DNA of 64,000 nucleotides from Zygnema circumcarinatum SAG 698-1b (Eukaryota; Plantae; Zygnematophyceae): the NCBI GenBank assembly GCA_037447605.1, contig CM074810.1, positions 3,382,880-3,446,879 on the forward strand, written 5' to 3'. The translations under genes and the position numbers were made by a program. The number at the start of each line of letters is the position of its first letter. The first letter of the stretch is position 1. The notes under the pieces are model-generated. The model had not been told where the DNA came from, did no database searches, and saw only the letters and a program-made list of their open reading frames with translations. Of the stretch, positions 1 through 16,400 are shown piece after piece.

Positions 1-2729
<2,729 letters not shown>

Positions 2730-5694
2730 TTAAGATTAAGAAGGAGCAGGGACTAACTAGATGACTGGGTAAATAGACCTGTTGGTTTACAGTGATGGGC
2801 GTACAGAGGGAGAGAGGAGAGACGGGGGGGGGGGGGGGNNNNNNNNNNAGAGAGAGTGGGAGGGAGGGAGGGAGGGAGGGAGGGAGGGAGGGAGGGCGGG
2901 AGAGAGGACGGAGCTGTACTCAAGGGAAATATTTGGTGACAGAAGGTAGATTGAAATGACTTTGGTGACTGCGCGTTTGGAAGGAGGGGGGTGGAAAAGG
3001 GGGAGAGAGGTGGGGAAGTGCAGAGTGAAAGATAGAGAGAGAGGGGGAGAGAGAAAGAGGGGGGAGAGAGAGAGAGAGAGGGGGTAGAGAGAGGGGGCGA
3101 GAGAGAGCGGGGGAGAGAGAGGGAGGGGGGGTCCGAAGAGCAGACCAGAGCAGAGAGTCGGGAAATGTCCTATAATTGCAACCCTACTATTCCCCGCCTG
3201 CTTAGCGACCTGTCCCTTCGCTCATTCCTCCGCCTCTCTTTACAACTGTCTTCGCAGCCGTCTGCAGAATCCTGCAAACATGAACAAACCCTAAAAATGC
3301 TTCATGCGATGACGAAACCGCCATCTAGGTCCTGAAACCCTAAAAAGGAAACCCTAAAAATAGGGTTTGAATCATCAGAGTGAAAGAACCTGCGGGAAAG
3401 GAAGGCATACATACCTTCAGAGATCCCATGCCTTTGGAAGATTCATGATGCCTATCTCCATCTCCATCTCCATCTCTATCTCCATCTCCATCTCCATCTC
3501 CATGCCCATGCGCATGCCCATACTCATGCTCATGCTCATGCTCATGCCCATGCCCATGCCCATGCCCCCATGCCCATGGCCATGGCCATGTCCGCCCCCG
3601 CCTGCTGCAGGGGGAGAGAGAGAGTGAGAGAGACAGAGACACAGAGAGGGAGAGAAAGAGGGGGGGGGCGGCCTGCGAGAGAAGGGGGGTGGTGACGTGG
3701 CCCTTCCCTGGAAAGCGCACTTTTGACAAATCGTTGGCACCTTTTTGGGATACTTTGGGACAGAAAAACCAATTTTTTGGCCCATAGCTTTCTGTCACGT
3801 CAGCATGGATTGCTAAACCTTATTTGTGGAGCAAAAACTTTTGTGCATTTTTAGGGACCATATTTCGTCGTTCGGGCAGACAATAAAGTTTCATTTCGCC
3901 AATACAATAGTGCCACATCAGCACCAATTTCGTGGAAAGCTTTTTTGAGAGGGAAAACGTTTTGCAGCGAGAATTGAACTCAGCCATATAGAAGTTGCCA
4001 CATAGGAAAACTGTTTTTTTCCTTTTTAGTTGTAAAAACTGTTTTGTAAGAAGACAATTTTTCATGGGCTGCCCAAAAAAAAGTAAAGAATATCGGGGAA
4101 AAATCTCTCCGGCCTGACAGCGACTTCGCCTTTTGCAGTATGCCGGCAAACGGTACCAGAAAGTAAATAAAATAAATATTTATGTACCGGATTGGCGAAT
4201 TACGGCGCACCACGTCAGCTTCAACTCCACCGAAAAAGCGTTATTTTTTTCGCAAAACAGATTCAGAAAAATATCTCGATTCTATCGCGATCTTCTGGGA
4301 AGCTCAAGCGTCTGGGAAGGCCGTACGATACTGTACCGTACAAGCCACAACCGCCGGGCGGGAAACAGCCTGGAGAGCTTCTCATTCGAATCTACAGGCC
4401 GTACCATGCCGTACAGAGCTAACGACTGCCATCGAACGGCTAGAATTAGGCAGTGGGATTGTGCACGTGCGATGAAGACATCACAACGGCTTATGCTTTG
4501 GGGCATTGATAACCGTTGGATATATTTCATGTTGGACATGTTGGACTTCCTTGGAGGACTTCCCTTCCCTTCCTTAGACATGATAGGCAAGCTCAATCAT
4601 CCAACACTTCAGATCAACACTCAATGCACAACACACTTATGCCAAAAGATATTTATTCCAAAACAGGCCTGCAAAACAGTTCCATCCTAAAACCCAGTCG
4701 CCAAAAAGCAACATGATTGAACAACATGATCGATGCGATCAAAGGTCTAGGGATTCACAACTCTATGCTAACACTTGACACGTGTGACTCTATCCATAGA
4801 GTTCAGTCCATTGCTACTGTACAAAACTTCCATACAGCTCCATGTCACAATTGCCCAATGGACGTATCGTAGAGGCGCATGATTTCGTTGAATTCGGTAG
4901 GAGATCGTACTATTTAGGGTTTCTAGGGTTTTTTAGGGTTTGAGGGTTTTAGGTTTAGTGTTAGCCGGTCACAAATGAAACCATTGACAAGGTCATGTAT
5001 GACTAACCATTGGCTAGCCAATTACCGGCGAGCATTAGTCGGCCAATGTTTCCTATCCACCTGTCCGATCTATGCGGTCCAGTTCCAGTTACAGTTCCGT
5101 CTCACCGTGCAACCGCAACGTCTGTCGTAAAACCGCAATGGGAAACGCTAGCGTAGAACTAGTTCCTGCGGAATCCGTTACACAGCTTTTGAAACTGGCG
5201 CCGCATAGAACAGGTAAAGTCGAGTTCCAGTGACGGCAGGGGTTCAAGGTTCATCTCTCGCCAGCCCTCCGTCAGCTTCCAAGTTTGAGGGTTAGGGTTC
5301 AGGGTTTAGGGTTTAGGGTTTAGGTTTAGGGTTTATGAAGGCGGAGGGTTTACGAGGTTTAGGGATTTCAGACTACATCAATTTTTGCAATTTCAATCAT
5401 GTAGGAGTTTTACAGTCTCGGTAGGGTTCAGGGTTTTTCGGCTGTCGTGAACTTCGTCGGTTTTCAAAGCCTCAAAGTCTCCTGCGTCTCAGAGTTTAGG
5501 GTTTTGATCTTTTGTCAAGAATACGAAGCTCTTGGTCGCTGGGGTTTCCTAAACGCAGGATTCACAAAACCCTTTCTGAAACTTTTCTGCCTACTCCGCT
5601 TTCAGTTTCAGGGTTTTGGAACTTCAAGACCCTTCCAAGAGACCCTTTCAAGAGACCTTGTTTCAAGGTAGGGTTCAGGGCCGCCGCCGCCGCC

Positions 5695-8600
5695 ATGGAC
5701 GCCTTCTGGCAGCGCAAGTGCGCGGCGGTGGCGGAGTTGGCGGCCTCGGCCGCGGACCGGTCGCGCAAGGGCGGGCCCGACGCGCCGATCGCGGCGCTGC
5801 TCGCGGCCGTGAACGCACGCGCCGCGCTCTACAGCACCTCCTCCTGCTCGGGCCGCACCGCGCTCTTCCTCGCGCCACCGCCGGGAGGGGAGCGCGGCCG
5901 GAAGGNNNNNNNNNNAGGGGGGGAGGGACGGGAGAGGGAGGAAGGGAGAGGGGGAAGGAAAGGAGGTGAGGGACGGGGAGGGGAGAGGATAAGGGAGAGG
6001 GGGGGGAAGATGGAGAGGGATGAGAGATAAACAAGAAGGGAGGGGTCAGAGAAGGGGGGGGAGGGAGAAGAGGGAAAGGGAGGGAGAGGGGAGGGGGAGG
6101 ATGGAAGGGGCGGACGGGGAGGGGGGGTGCGGAAGAGGAGGGAGAAGAGGAGGGAAGGGAGGGAGACGGAGAGGGGAAGGGGAGAAGGGGGGTGGGGAAG
6201 ACTAAGGGGGAGGGTGGGGGGTTAAGGGGGGGTAGGGGGGGAGGGAAGTGAGATAGACCAGGGAGGGAGACGGCGATGGAAAGCACATAGTGGGAGAAGA
6301 GGCATTAAGAGCAGAGAGAACGAAGAAGGGAAGGGGATGGGAAGAGGAGTGAGGGAAATGGACAGGGAGAGAGAGCTGCAACAATGTCCTTGCAACGTAG
6401 ACGCTCACCACACGCAGACGACAAACACGCAGAAATGTATAGATGAAAAACACAAATGACAGTCGATCTGTGTCACACACTGCAAAGAGTACACATGTTT
6501 TGTCTGCACTTCATTTAATCTTCATCGATTTGAACAATTGGGCTGCCTATGCTGTAATACCTTCTGAGTGGACATGGTTTCTTGCGATGAAAATTTACAC
6601 TCCTAATGTTAAACTTGTTTGACGTTTTAACATAAGGACTGTAAAATTTGAAGTCAATTTGTTGAGTATACCGTTATGATGAATTCGTTCTATATTTTAA
6701 TTCTTCTCTATACCTAACTTGGATCATGTTCAGGGAGGAGACTGGCTATATGTGAGCCATGATCAGTCGGATCCAACGGAAGTTCTGGAAGCGGTGAAAC
6801 GGAATTATGGTCCGCCACATGGAAAGCTCATTTTTCGATTTGAGCCCTTCATTTTGGCGGTTGAATGTAAAACTGTTGAAGATGCACAACAATTGGTCGG
6901 ATGCGGGATAGCTTCCGGGTTTCGAGAATCCGGTACATTCAAAGAATCGTGCTATCTCTTTTCTAATCAGTTTTTTTAATTGTTTATGTGTCGCTATGCC
7001 ACAAAGCAGTACACCATTTCAGGAGAATGGAATAGCGAAATATGTTACAATGGTTGTTGGCTTGGTTGAATTCTTAGAATCTGAAAACAAGGGAAACTCT
7101 CACTTCTCTCTTCCTCTCTAAAGCAGTCAACATCTCGTTGGCATGGGTGTGGTTAGGCAGGTATAACGGGACTTGGAAAGAGAATCATTGTTGCCATTCG
7201 ATGCTCCATCCGTTTGGAAGTTCCTATTGGAGAGGAAGGCCAGCTGCTTGTCCCGCACAATTACATCCTTTACTTGGTGGAGGAAGCGAATAAAAAGATG
7301 CGGGAAAATCACAAACGAATAGACCTTTTCCTGGCCAATTTTACATCTCAGGTGCGGAGTCTCAGTATTTCAGGGTTACTATTCTATCCTCCCTTTCCGT
7401 TTCCCGTTCCGTTTCGTTCTTAGATGAAAACAGGTCGAACCGGGCGAAGAAATTGAATGCCACTGCCATGACAGACAGATTTGCAGCTTTCCCAGCTTTG
7501 AGGTCAGTTCTAAAGAAAGTTTATGGATTGATCTCAGAGATTTAGAATTGGTCTTGATTCTTCCTATGGGCTGCTATGATTGCTCATTGCATGTCCTGCT
7601 CCTTGCAGGGAATGGTTAAAGCTGCGAGTGAAGGCGGAGCAGGAGCTGAGAGACAAGTTGAGGGAGAGAAGGGGGAGGCTGATTCTGAAGTGAGTAGACC
7701 GAAAAGGAAAACCCCAAAGAATCCTGGAAAATCTAAGCGTTTTGGCTCCAATGCGACGCAGGAGAAAGCAACAGAAAATGTAAAATTTCAAGAAGATGGT
7801 CCTTCCAAAAGTAGTGATCAGGGAGAGGTTAGCATAGCCATGGATGGGAGCTTGAAGGCAGACCAAATAAAGCATCGCCAGGTGGCAGTTTTGCGCAGAA
7901 TTCAACTCCTGGAGAAGAGGTTGGGGATGGCATGGGGTTCTGGAAGGGTCCGAGAAACATCGACGACGGGGCTGGAAAGAAATTTCTTCCAAAACAAAGA
8001 CTTACAAAGGGAGAATTTGTCCCACAAAAGCCCCATCTCTGCAGAGGAGCTGAATTTTTTCGGCCTGCCCGAAGCCACTCTCCTGCGGTGGGGTCATCAG
8101 GGAGTGGTCGCATCTCTGCCCGGGAAACTCGCATCTAGGCCGTCCATTCTTATCTTTGGAGGATATGGAGGGCCAGGATTGCAAGTTCGCCTGAATGATG
8201 TTGTTGAGGTTGACCCTTTAGAAGGAGTGATGCGAATTTTGCAAGTTAGAGGCTCCCCTCCGAGCCCTCGACTGGGGCATTCTTGCTGCATAGTGGGGAG
8301 TTTTCTCGTAGTAATTGGAGGGAGGGAGGGGCCCAAAAGCCCCTTAGGAGATGTTCATATATTGGACCTTCAGACTATGCATTGGAGCCCTTTGACGACA
8401 TCTGGGTCAGCTTTTATTCCGAGGTAAGCCCTTCAGACATCTCTCTCTCCTCTCTCTCGCCCTCCCTCGCTCTCTCTCACCGGTTTTCTTCACTTGGGTT
8501 TGTCCAGCAGGGGGGGTATTCTCTCCCTTCTGTTAGTTGCAGCTCTTAGACATTCAATTCTTGGATTATTATTTGCAGGTTCCGCCATGCAGCATCTGCA

Positions 8601-11600
8601 ATCGGCCAGAAAATATATGTTTTTGGAGGGTTAGGGGGCGAATTGAACCTTCCCTTGACAAGCATGCAAGTTTTGGACTTAGGTTCAAAGCAATGGTCGG
8701 ATCCTTTTGAAGCAAAGGGAGAGGATGCTCCGACAGCTCGACATTCTCATGCAATGGTGTCAATAAAAGAGCAAATATTTCTCTATGGGGGTTTAGATGA
8801 AAGGTCCCTTTTTGGAGAACTTCTCATTCTCAATAGCAGAACCCTAATTTGGGAGAAGAAGAGGCTAATAGGGGATCTCCCAGTAGCAAGATTTTCTCAC
8901 TCTATGATTGAGCGAGACGGGCAGCTTGTAATTTTTGGGGGCTGCCCTGTTACGAGGCAGACCGGGAGTCTTTTTCTGGTGAATTCAAAGACTGGGCAAT
9001 GTAGCCGGTATGATGTAAAACTTCCCAAAGGGGTTCTCCCTGTACGCCATATATCTGCTATAGTTGGAAGCAAATTTTTCGTTTTGGGTGGAGGGGCGTT
9101 CTGCTATGCATTTGGTTCCGTTTTCAGTCGACCGTTTTGTTTTGACATAGAAGGGCTTCTCAGTTCTGGGAGTGAAAAACTTGAAGAGCAGGAAGGTTCA
9201 CAGACTTCACAGGTTTGTACGGAAACGGAACGGAATGGAGTTACATGTCAGTTTGATGATGTAGAGAAGCGGTCAAGATGGGTCCTTGTTGTAGCCAGAG
9301 CTAAAGGGAAGGAGAGAAAAGAAGAGCTTAAATCTCGAGAGTGGCTCGACTCAGAGAGAGAAATCACTCTCCTCAATGAGGGAGCCAAAATAGCTTTCCC
9401 CCTCTCTGAATCTGCTGCCGCAGCCTTAAAGTCTAAATGTCTCGGAGGGGATGAAATCGGGAGTGTGAGAGAGAGGGAGAAAGTGAGAGAAGGTCTTTGG
9501 GAGGATAGTGAGCTTCTAAAAATGGATCTTCCTTCTTCGAAAGGGAAAAAAAAAGGACCCCATGAAGCTCTCCAAGCTGCTGTAGCTCAGCTTCTAGAGG
9601 AGAGGAAGCTTCCTGGAAAGTTCTTAGCAGAAGTACCCACAAGGTACTTCCTCCTCCCCTTTCTTATCCTCCCAAAAAAGATGTGCTTGTAGTCCATTGG
9701 TGTCTGTATTGTATTGTCTGTGTTTGTGTCGGTATTGTATTGTATTGTACTGTCACAAGTCTCTGTTCTGTCTGTATTGTCTGTATTGTATTGTATTGTC
9801 TGTATTGTCCATTGGTTTCTAGCGATTTGTGGCTGTTAAAGCTTGCTTTCTAGGGGAGGCTAGATTAGTCTAAATTTGCTAGGGTTGTAGGAATCTTAAG
9901 ATTTTTTGAGTTTTTAGGTCTCTTGGATTGGGGTTTTGTCGTTTAGCCCGGCAGGTGGGAGCGCTTGGAAGACATGGTGATCCTTCCGGCGGGGTCTTTG
10001 GAGTCTGCCACGTGGCAGTCTCTGGGGGAGTCTCTCTGGGCTGCCATTGGAGGAGCGCTCTGCGCCAATAGGGTCGCTCGACAGGTGACAGAAATCTCTC
10101 CCTTTGGAATGACGCCTGTTGCAGTCGAAAAAGGCAGAAAAGAGTGAGGGAGAAAGAGGGGGGGGGGAGGAGGAGGGAGGGGGAAGGTGAGAGGGAGCGA
10201 GAGGGGGGGTTAAGGGGGTTGAGAAGAGAAGGAGAGGGAGAGGGAGAAGGAGAGGGAGAAGGAGATGGAGGGTAAGAGAGCGAGAGAGGGAGATCGAGGG
10301 GGACGGGGGAAGGGAAGAAAGAGGGGGGGAGAGTGGGGGAGAGAGAGAGGGAGAGATGGAGAGAGGAGAGATGGGAGAGTGGGAAGGGGGGGAAGGGGGA
10401 GAGTGGGAAGGGGGAGAGTGGGAAGGGGGGAAAGGGGGAGAGTGGGAAGGGGGAGAGTGAGAATGGGGGGAAGGGACGGACGGGAGGAGGACGGGAGAGG
10501 GAAGAGGGCGAGGGGGGCGAGGCGGAGCCAGGTGGGAGAGAGTGAGAGAGAGTGAGAGAGAGAGTGAGAGAGAGAGAGTGAGTGAGAGAGAGAGAGAACG
10601 TGAGAGAGTGCAATAATGATGAGAAGAAAACCCTGTCTCTGCAGGCCCCCGTGGCAGCCACGGGAACGCGAGATAGTCAACTGCAGTTACTGAGAGGGGG
10701 CAGCACATGGGTCCGCCATCGAGAGAACGGAATTTTGTATTGTTTCGATGCTGCCCGCTGCATCTTTTCATCGGGAAATGTTTCGGAAAAGCTTCGGGTT
10801 GCCTCGTTTCCCTGTAACGGGGAGACTGTTGTGGACCTTTTTGCCGGCATCGGATATTTCACGCTGCCCTATATACTCAAGTAAGCGTCGAACGGGCAGC
10901 TGAATTTTTTTTTTTCGTTTTGACTCAAGGGATAGGTGTCAGAGATGACGATGTACATGTTTTGGGCTTTTGAACCCGGGTTAGGGTTAGGGTTAGGGTT
11001 AGGGTTAGGGTTGGGGTTGGGGTTGGGGTTGGAGTTAGGGTTAGGGTTAGAGTTGGGGTTGGGGTTGGAGTTAGGGTTAGGGTTAGGGTTAGGGGTTGGG
11101 GTTGGAGTTAGGGTTAGGGTTAGGGTTAGGGTTAGGGTTAGGGTTTGAAGACTTGAGTCGGCTCCCATTTTCGAGGAATTTTATGGAACTTCAAAGGAAA
11201 CTGAGTTGAAGGGGTAGGGGAGGCTCAGAGCAAATGCGCAGAAGGTGTTCGCATGTGAATGGAATCCGTACGCAGTAACGGCTCTCCGTTACAGCTTAAC
11301 GGCGAACGGAATTGAAGATCGCTGCTGTGTGCTGGAAGGAGATAACCGCCTAACGGCTCCGCAGGTAAAAAAAACTAAGGGAAAAAAAACTTTGAAATAA
11401 ATCATACGTTGGTCACATTGACCCAAGTCGTAATCTCCTGTGTATGCTACACGCCCTAATGAACCCTAAAAGCTGAACCCTTGAAAACCCTATTCAAGTT
11501 TATTCAAGTTTAGTTTAGTTTATCTTGAAAACCCTATTTTTTTTTTACGTTTCATTTATTTTTGGCTTCCTGCAGGGTGTTGCTGACAGAGTCAATTTGG

Positions 11601-12296
11601 GTCTCTTGCCATCCAGCGAGGCCAGCTGGCACGTTGCGATTCGTGCTCTCAAGTGAGTTGGCTTTCCATGTGAGCAGTTCAAATTCTCAAAATGACTACG
11701 GCGTCTCTCAATCTGTGCTGTTCTGGAACTGAACGGAACGGAACGGGGGTTCCATGTGCAGGAGGAGGGGAGGGATGCTCCATGTCCATGGTCTTGCAGT
11801 TGACCGTGAGGAGCGACAGTGGGTGGACGGAACTGTGGAGAAGCTGCAGCTGCTCGCTGTTGAAGCAGGTGAGGCTCTACCAGGGGAGGGAGGGAGGGAG
11901 AGAGAGGGAGAGAGGAGAGAGAGAGGGAGGGGAGGGGGAGAGTTCCACCCGGGTTTTAGTAGGGTTCTAATGGACGGCTATATTCCTTCTATGATGGGAT
12001 TGGCTCATGAATCACTCACTAAGGGTTAGGGTTCAGGGTCTTCAGCTGGGCAAAGATGGAGACACTCGTTCTATGCTAATTCATTGCACAGTTGCAGTTG
12101 CAGTTTCAGTTTCAGTTGGTTTGATTCTCAGTCGGCCCCGTTGTGCTGAGCAGGCATGGCATGGAAAGTCGAACTTTCACACTTGGAGCGGGTCAAGTGG
12201 TACGCGCCGCACGTGCGGCATCTTGTGGCGGACATTCGATGTCGGGAAGTGCCTAATGAGGCGACGGACGGCGATGCCGATTGCTTGTGGCGGTGA
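5695..12296 (+). CDS. TYW2/3/4: Plant-type tRNA wybutosine-synthesizing protein 2/3/4 fusion (TYW3 - Kelch - TYW2/Met-10 SAM domain)
   Basis: 11 exons: 5695-5904 (donor partly in N gap), 6734-6932, 7161-7351, 7609-8423, 8579-9643, 9955-10084, 10645-10880, 11229-11364, 11576-11652, 11762-11868, 12154-12296. Motifs: DRSRKGGPDAPI...STSSCSGR, FRFEPFILAVEC, SGFRESG...IVAIRCSIRLEVP (TYW3); PSPRLGHS/ARHSHAM/ARFSHSM Kelch repeats; VVDLFAGIGYFTLP, ACEWNP, ADRVNLGLLPSS, ERVKWYAPHVRHLVADIRC (TYW2). Confidence 0.95.
10978..11146 (+). repeat. Intronic telomere-like (TTAGGG)n array with TTGGGG/TTAGAG variants (TYW intron 7)
   Basis: Read directly; about 27 hexamers. Confidence 0.95.
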
Positions 12297-12344
12297 TGAT
12301 GGTGATGGGGATGATGATGGCCATGGTTCAATCGAAGGGGTATG

Positions 12345-12412
12345 TTATGTTCCACATGCTGCTTTTGTCCATGTACATTTGATGGCCTCGCCATCGTGAG
12401 ATCAATGCCATT
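12345..12412 (+). repeat. Repeat family A copy just downstream of the TYW stop codon (likely 3' UTR)
   Basis: CATGCTGCTTTTGTCCATGTACATTTGATGGCCTCGCCATCGTGAGATCAATGCCA aligns with 19625-19683. Confidence 0.8.
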
Positions 12413-13025
12413 TTTCATGCCCTCAAAAAAAGCTTTGGCACGCTTTCAAACTTGTATGTGATGGACTGTTCCAGTGCAGAACTCCCAACACATGTACCAA
12501 ACCTCGATCACATTTGGAACCCTCAACATGAATTAATCGTGACCAGTCGTGTCAACAAGAGAGCTATTTGAAATCCGACGCGGCTCAAAGACAACGGAAG
12601 TTTCACATCGTTCACACGTGTGACTTCTAATTAGTTGTGCATATCAAACTTCATGATGTCATCCTGGTTAACATAACTTTCCAGGTTTCCCTTCACAAGT
12701 AAATAACCGTACTTTATGCAATATAGTAAATATAATTATTTTTAAGATAAAAAAAGACAATTGTACGCACACTGCGCAAACATACAAACCCTAAAAAATT
12801 CTGAAAATCAGAAGGAAACCGAAAGCCCGTAAACGAAAAACCGAAAAGCTGAAAAGCGAGAACCATGAATCTGAAAATCGACCCTCTGAATTTTCACGAA
12901 ATCGGTATCGATGAGGTCTGTACTACCATTAATTTGAACAATCGAACTTCAACTCTGAAAACCCCACTGCCTTGTAACCCTATGACCCTGAACCCTGAAC
13001 CCTGACGACTTGCCGTACGCCAAAC

Positions 13026-13341
13026 TCAAGGAGGCGGAGGAGGCGGCGCGTTTCCTGCGAACAAATAACGAAAGCAAAATGTCGGCGACAAAACGACAGA
13101 GTAGGCAGTTCCGAAAAAGATCAGGGTTTGCGGTTTCAGGGTTTGGGTGCGTGCAAGGGAGAGAGGGAGGGAGCGAGGGAGCGAGGGAGCGAGGGAGGGA
13201 GAGAGAGAGGGAGGGAGAGGGAAGGGAGAGAATGTGGAGAAAGAGGGGGGCAAGGAGGGGAGAAAGAGAGAGAGAGAGAAAGTGAGAGAGAGAAAGAGAA
13301 AGAGAGAGAGTGGAGGGGAAGATAGAAAAGGACAAGGAGGG

Positions 13342-13408
<67 letters not shown>

Positions 13409-16400
13409 CCAGCCTACCGCGAATGCATGTGAACTTGTTCGCAAATGTGTAGTAGCCCTTCTTGCATGCGCATGTCGGCCCCTTCGCGCCGCCGGGCATG
13501 CATACTCCGTACGGCCCGCACGGCCCTCCGGGCTGCGTGGCATTGCAGAAAGCTTTGCACCTCTGATCCACTTCCGTGCTGTTTCCAAACACGCAGTTTC
13601 CACTCGCAGAAACTACGGAGGGACCTCCATTAATATAAGTGAAATAGTTGTTTGAAAGGTCAAAGATGGAGCCACCGTCAGAGCCGGTGATTATGACTTC
13701 TCCAGATAAGTAGTTGTTGTTAAGGAGTCTGCACCTCACAATGTGGTAAACTCTTTGTCCAATTCAGGTTTTCTGCCTCAAAATGTGGGGGAGGCAATGG
13801 GTATTCAGAAAGGATCTTAAGCACAGAACACATGTGAAGGTCATATTGGAGTAGAAGCAAGCAAAGGATTAAAAAACCTAATTTGAATGTTAATCCTTTA
13901 CAGACCATTACAACATAGAACCTCGTAAAAGAATAGAAGGTTTTTGAAGAAGGTAAACACATGTCATACATCTGACAAGCTTGCAAGAGTTTGAAGGCAG
14001 GAATGTATAAGGGGGCAAGGTCTTTCAATCTTCAGGGTGAAACATGTAAAATGAATCGTGTCAGTTTTGGACTTTTCAAAAGTTAACCCTAAACCCGGGT
14101 TGAAAGCTGATTATGTAATTTGAATCCGCAACCACAAGATATGGAGATTTTAGGGTTTACAAACGTCCATGGACGAACTTACAGAACATAAATGTATGAT
14201 GCCAATATCGGCACTCTTCCGAACAATTGGTTGTTATACAAGAGGCTGCAGGCAACATGGGAATGAATGAACCACAGTTAAGAGAGTCAATGCGGAGGAA
14301 AAAGGAGGGAAATAGGGAGAGGGGAAGATAGGGAGAGGGAGAGAAAGAAAGAGAGAGAGAGGGGGAGAAAGGGCAGTTGTGTTCCTCCTTCTCATCAAAT
14401 AATTACTTTCACTGCTGCTACTGCTTTCATGAACCTTCAAAGACGACAGTCTGGAATTCAGTTTCAGTTCCAGTTTCAGTAAGAACAGGCGTCTGTGTTG
14501 TTGCCAAACTCACATAACTGGTCCCTTGAAAACCCACTCTGGAATTGTGCCAGTCAATTCGTTACTGTTCAAAACCCTATACACATACAGAACCCCCCTC
14601 CCACCGTATAGAACGAGACAAAAGTTTAGATTTAAGTACCCCTCCACAAACAAGATGCAATGTGATTTAGCCATAGACGCAAGAACGGCTAGTTTTCAAT
14701 CAAAATAAGAAATAAGAAAGTAGGTCAAAGTCAGTCAACTTCAAGTTAACAGCCTTTCTGGGGATAAAACGATGTTTCCTAGTTACTCATCTGAAGTACT
14801 GAACCTAATTCAAGCTTCAAATCCTTAGTGAGAACGATCTTATAACTCCGTTAAATTTCAAAAGTCGTCCAGGGTAGAGCTAGCCCTAATGCATACACAA
14901 CACGGAAACATGAAAGAGCCAAAAAAAAATCAAAGGGGTGCCTTGAGAGGAGCAGTGTACAAGGCAGAAAGATATGGCAGCTTGGCGGATCGGTTGGGAA
15001 TTTTTCCGCTCAGTTGGTTGTATTGCAGAATTCTGCAACAAGTTTCCCATTTTGAGGTCATTTCCAGTGAGTCATAGCCGGTAAAGAGAGCGAGAGTGGG
15101 AGGGACGGAGCGAGCAAGACAGAGAGAGAGACGGCGAAGGGGGGGACGGAGAGTGAGAGTGAGGGAAGCAAAGGAGAAGGGAGGAAGTGGGAGTGCGAAA
15201 GGGAGGGATGGGGGAGAGTGACAGTGAGCGAGCGATATAGTGAGAGTGAGAAAGCGAAAGAGGGAGACGGAGGGAAGGAGCGGGCGAGAGGGAGGGAGGG
15301 AGAGAGGCAGCAGGAAGGATGGCGGTAGAGTGAGAGCAAGAGACCGCGAAACAGAGAGAGGGAGCAAGAGAGAGAACGAGTGAAAGAGAGAGGGAGAGAG
15401 AATATCTCCAAGCATCACACAACCTTGGCAATAACCACAAGAAGCTGTTGCATGTTTCAGATAACAGACTCAGTGACTGGCAAGCGCATTAGAAACGGTA
15501 GATGAGAGTACAAAGTAATGACTCACAGCCATGTTATGTTTGGCAAACTCCCAATGCTCGAAGGAATTCCACCGCGCAACTTATTGGTGCCCAGGTCTCT
15601 GCAAGAGTTCCAACACATGAATCACATGGTGGTGCTGCTTGAACTCTAATGCACGGAACGTACCCTTACTTGCTCAGCGAGTCCGAATGCGGCGAAAGTA
15701 GTGGAGTGATTAGAAACGTCAAGATTAGATTTGTAGGAGTTTAATATTTTTTAAGATCTTTCATTTCTTTTCATTCATTGTGAACGTTGACGGGTTCAAA
15801 ATTTAAGAAAAGCATGACAGTCGGTATAAAGAAAATCGCTCTTACAAGACCCGCAGCTTCTTCAGGTTTCCGAGCCCTTCCGGAATCTTCCCTTGCAGTG
15901 CGCAGTTGTCGCAGGCCCTGTCACGTCACACGTCACGTCACGTCACGACATATCACGTCACTCCCAGTCACGTTATGCGTCGTCCCATCCACATACATCC
16001 GCCGTCACGTCACGTCATATCATGTCACGTTACGTCACGTCACGTTACACGAGCAGACGGGCGGAGGGCGACGCGATACGGGGACGGAGAGCGCTGAAAA
16101 GGACGCAACTGGAAACTGAGATCATGGACCGGACCGGCCGTGATGTGGAACTGGCAGAGGGAGGATGGAACCACGTACAGGACCTCGAGCTGTGTCGCCA
16201 TCCCGAGGCTGTCCGGCAGACCGCCGGCAGAGAACGTGTTGAAGCTCAGGTCGCTGCACCATGCATGCACATGCACATGCACATGCACATGCATGTGCAT
16301 GGATGAATGAGTGGTGTGAACAACAACAAGGAGAGGAAACGAAGGAAGTAACAAGTTTAAGAATAAGTGAGGGCTGAAATTCGAAGGATGAAATGAAGCA

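Noticed and set aside
4133-4716. 185-aa ORF and neighbours in the ZTL/TYW intergenic region (possible transposase relic)
   Set aside because: No recognisable motif, overlapping ORFs on both strands, and no TIR/TSD found.
10869-11168. ORFs such as LTLTLT/PNPNPN/GLGLGL (also 59303-59660)
   Set aside because: They are translations of telomere-like arrays.
5695-12296. TYW3-Kelch-TYW2 three-way fusion as a novelty
   Set aside because: This fusion is the known plant form (TYW2/3/4), so it is listed as a feature only.
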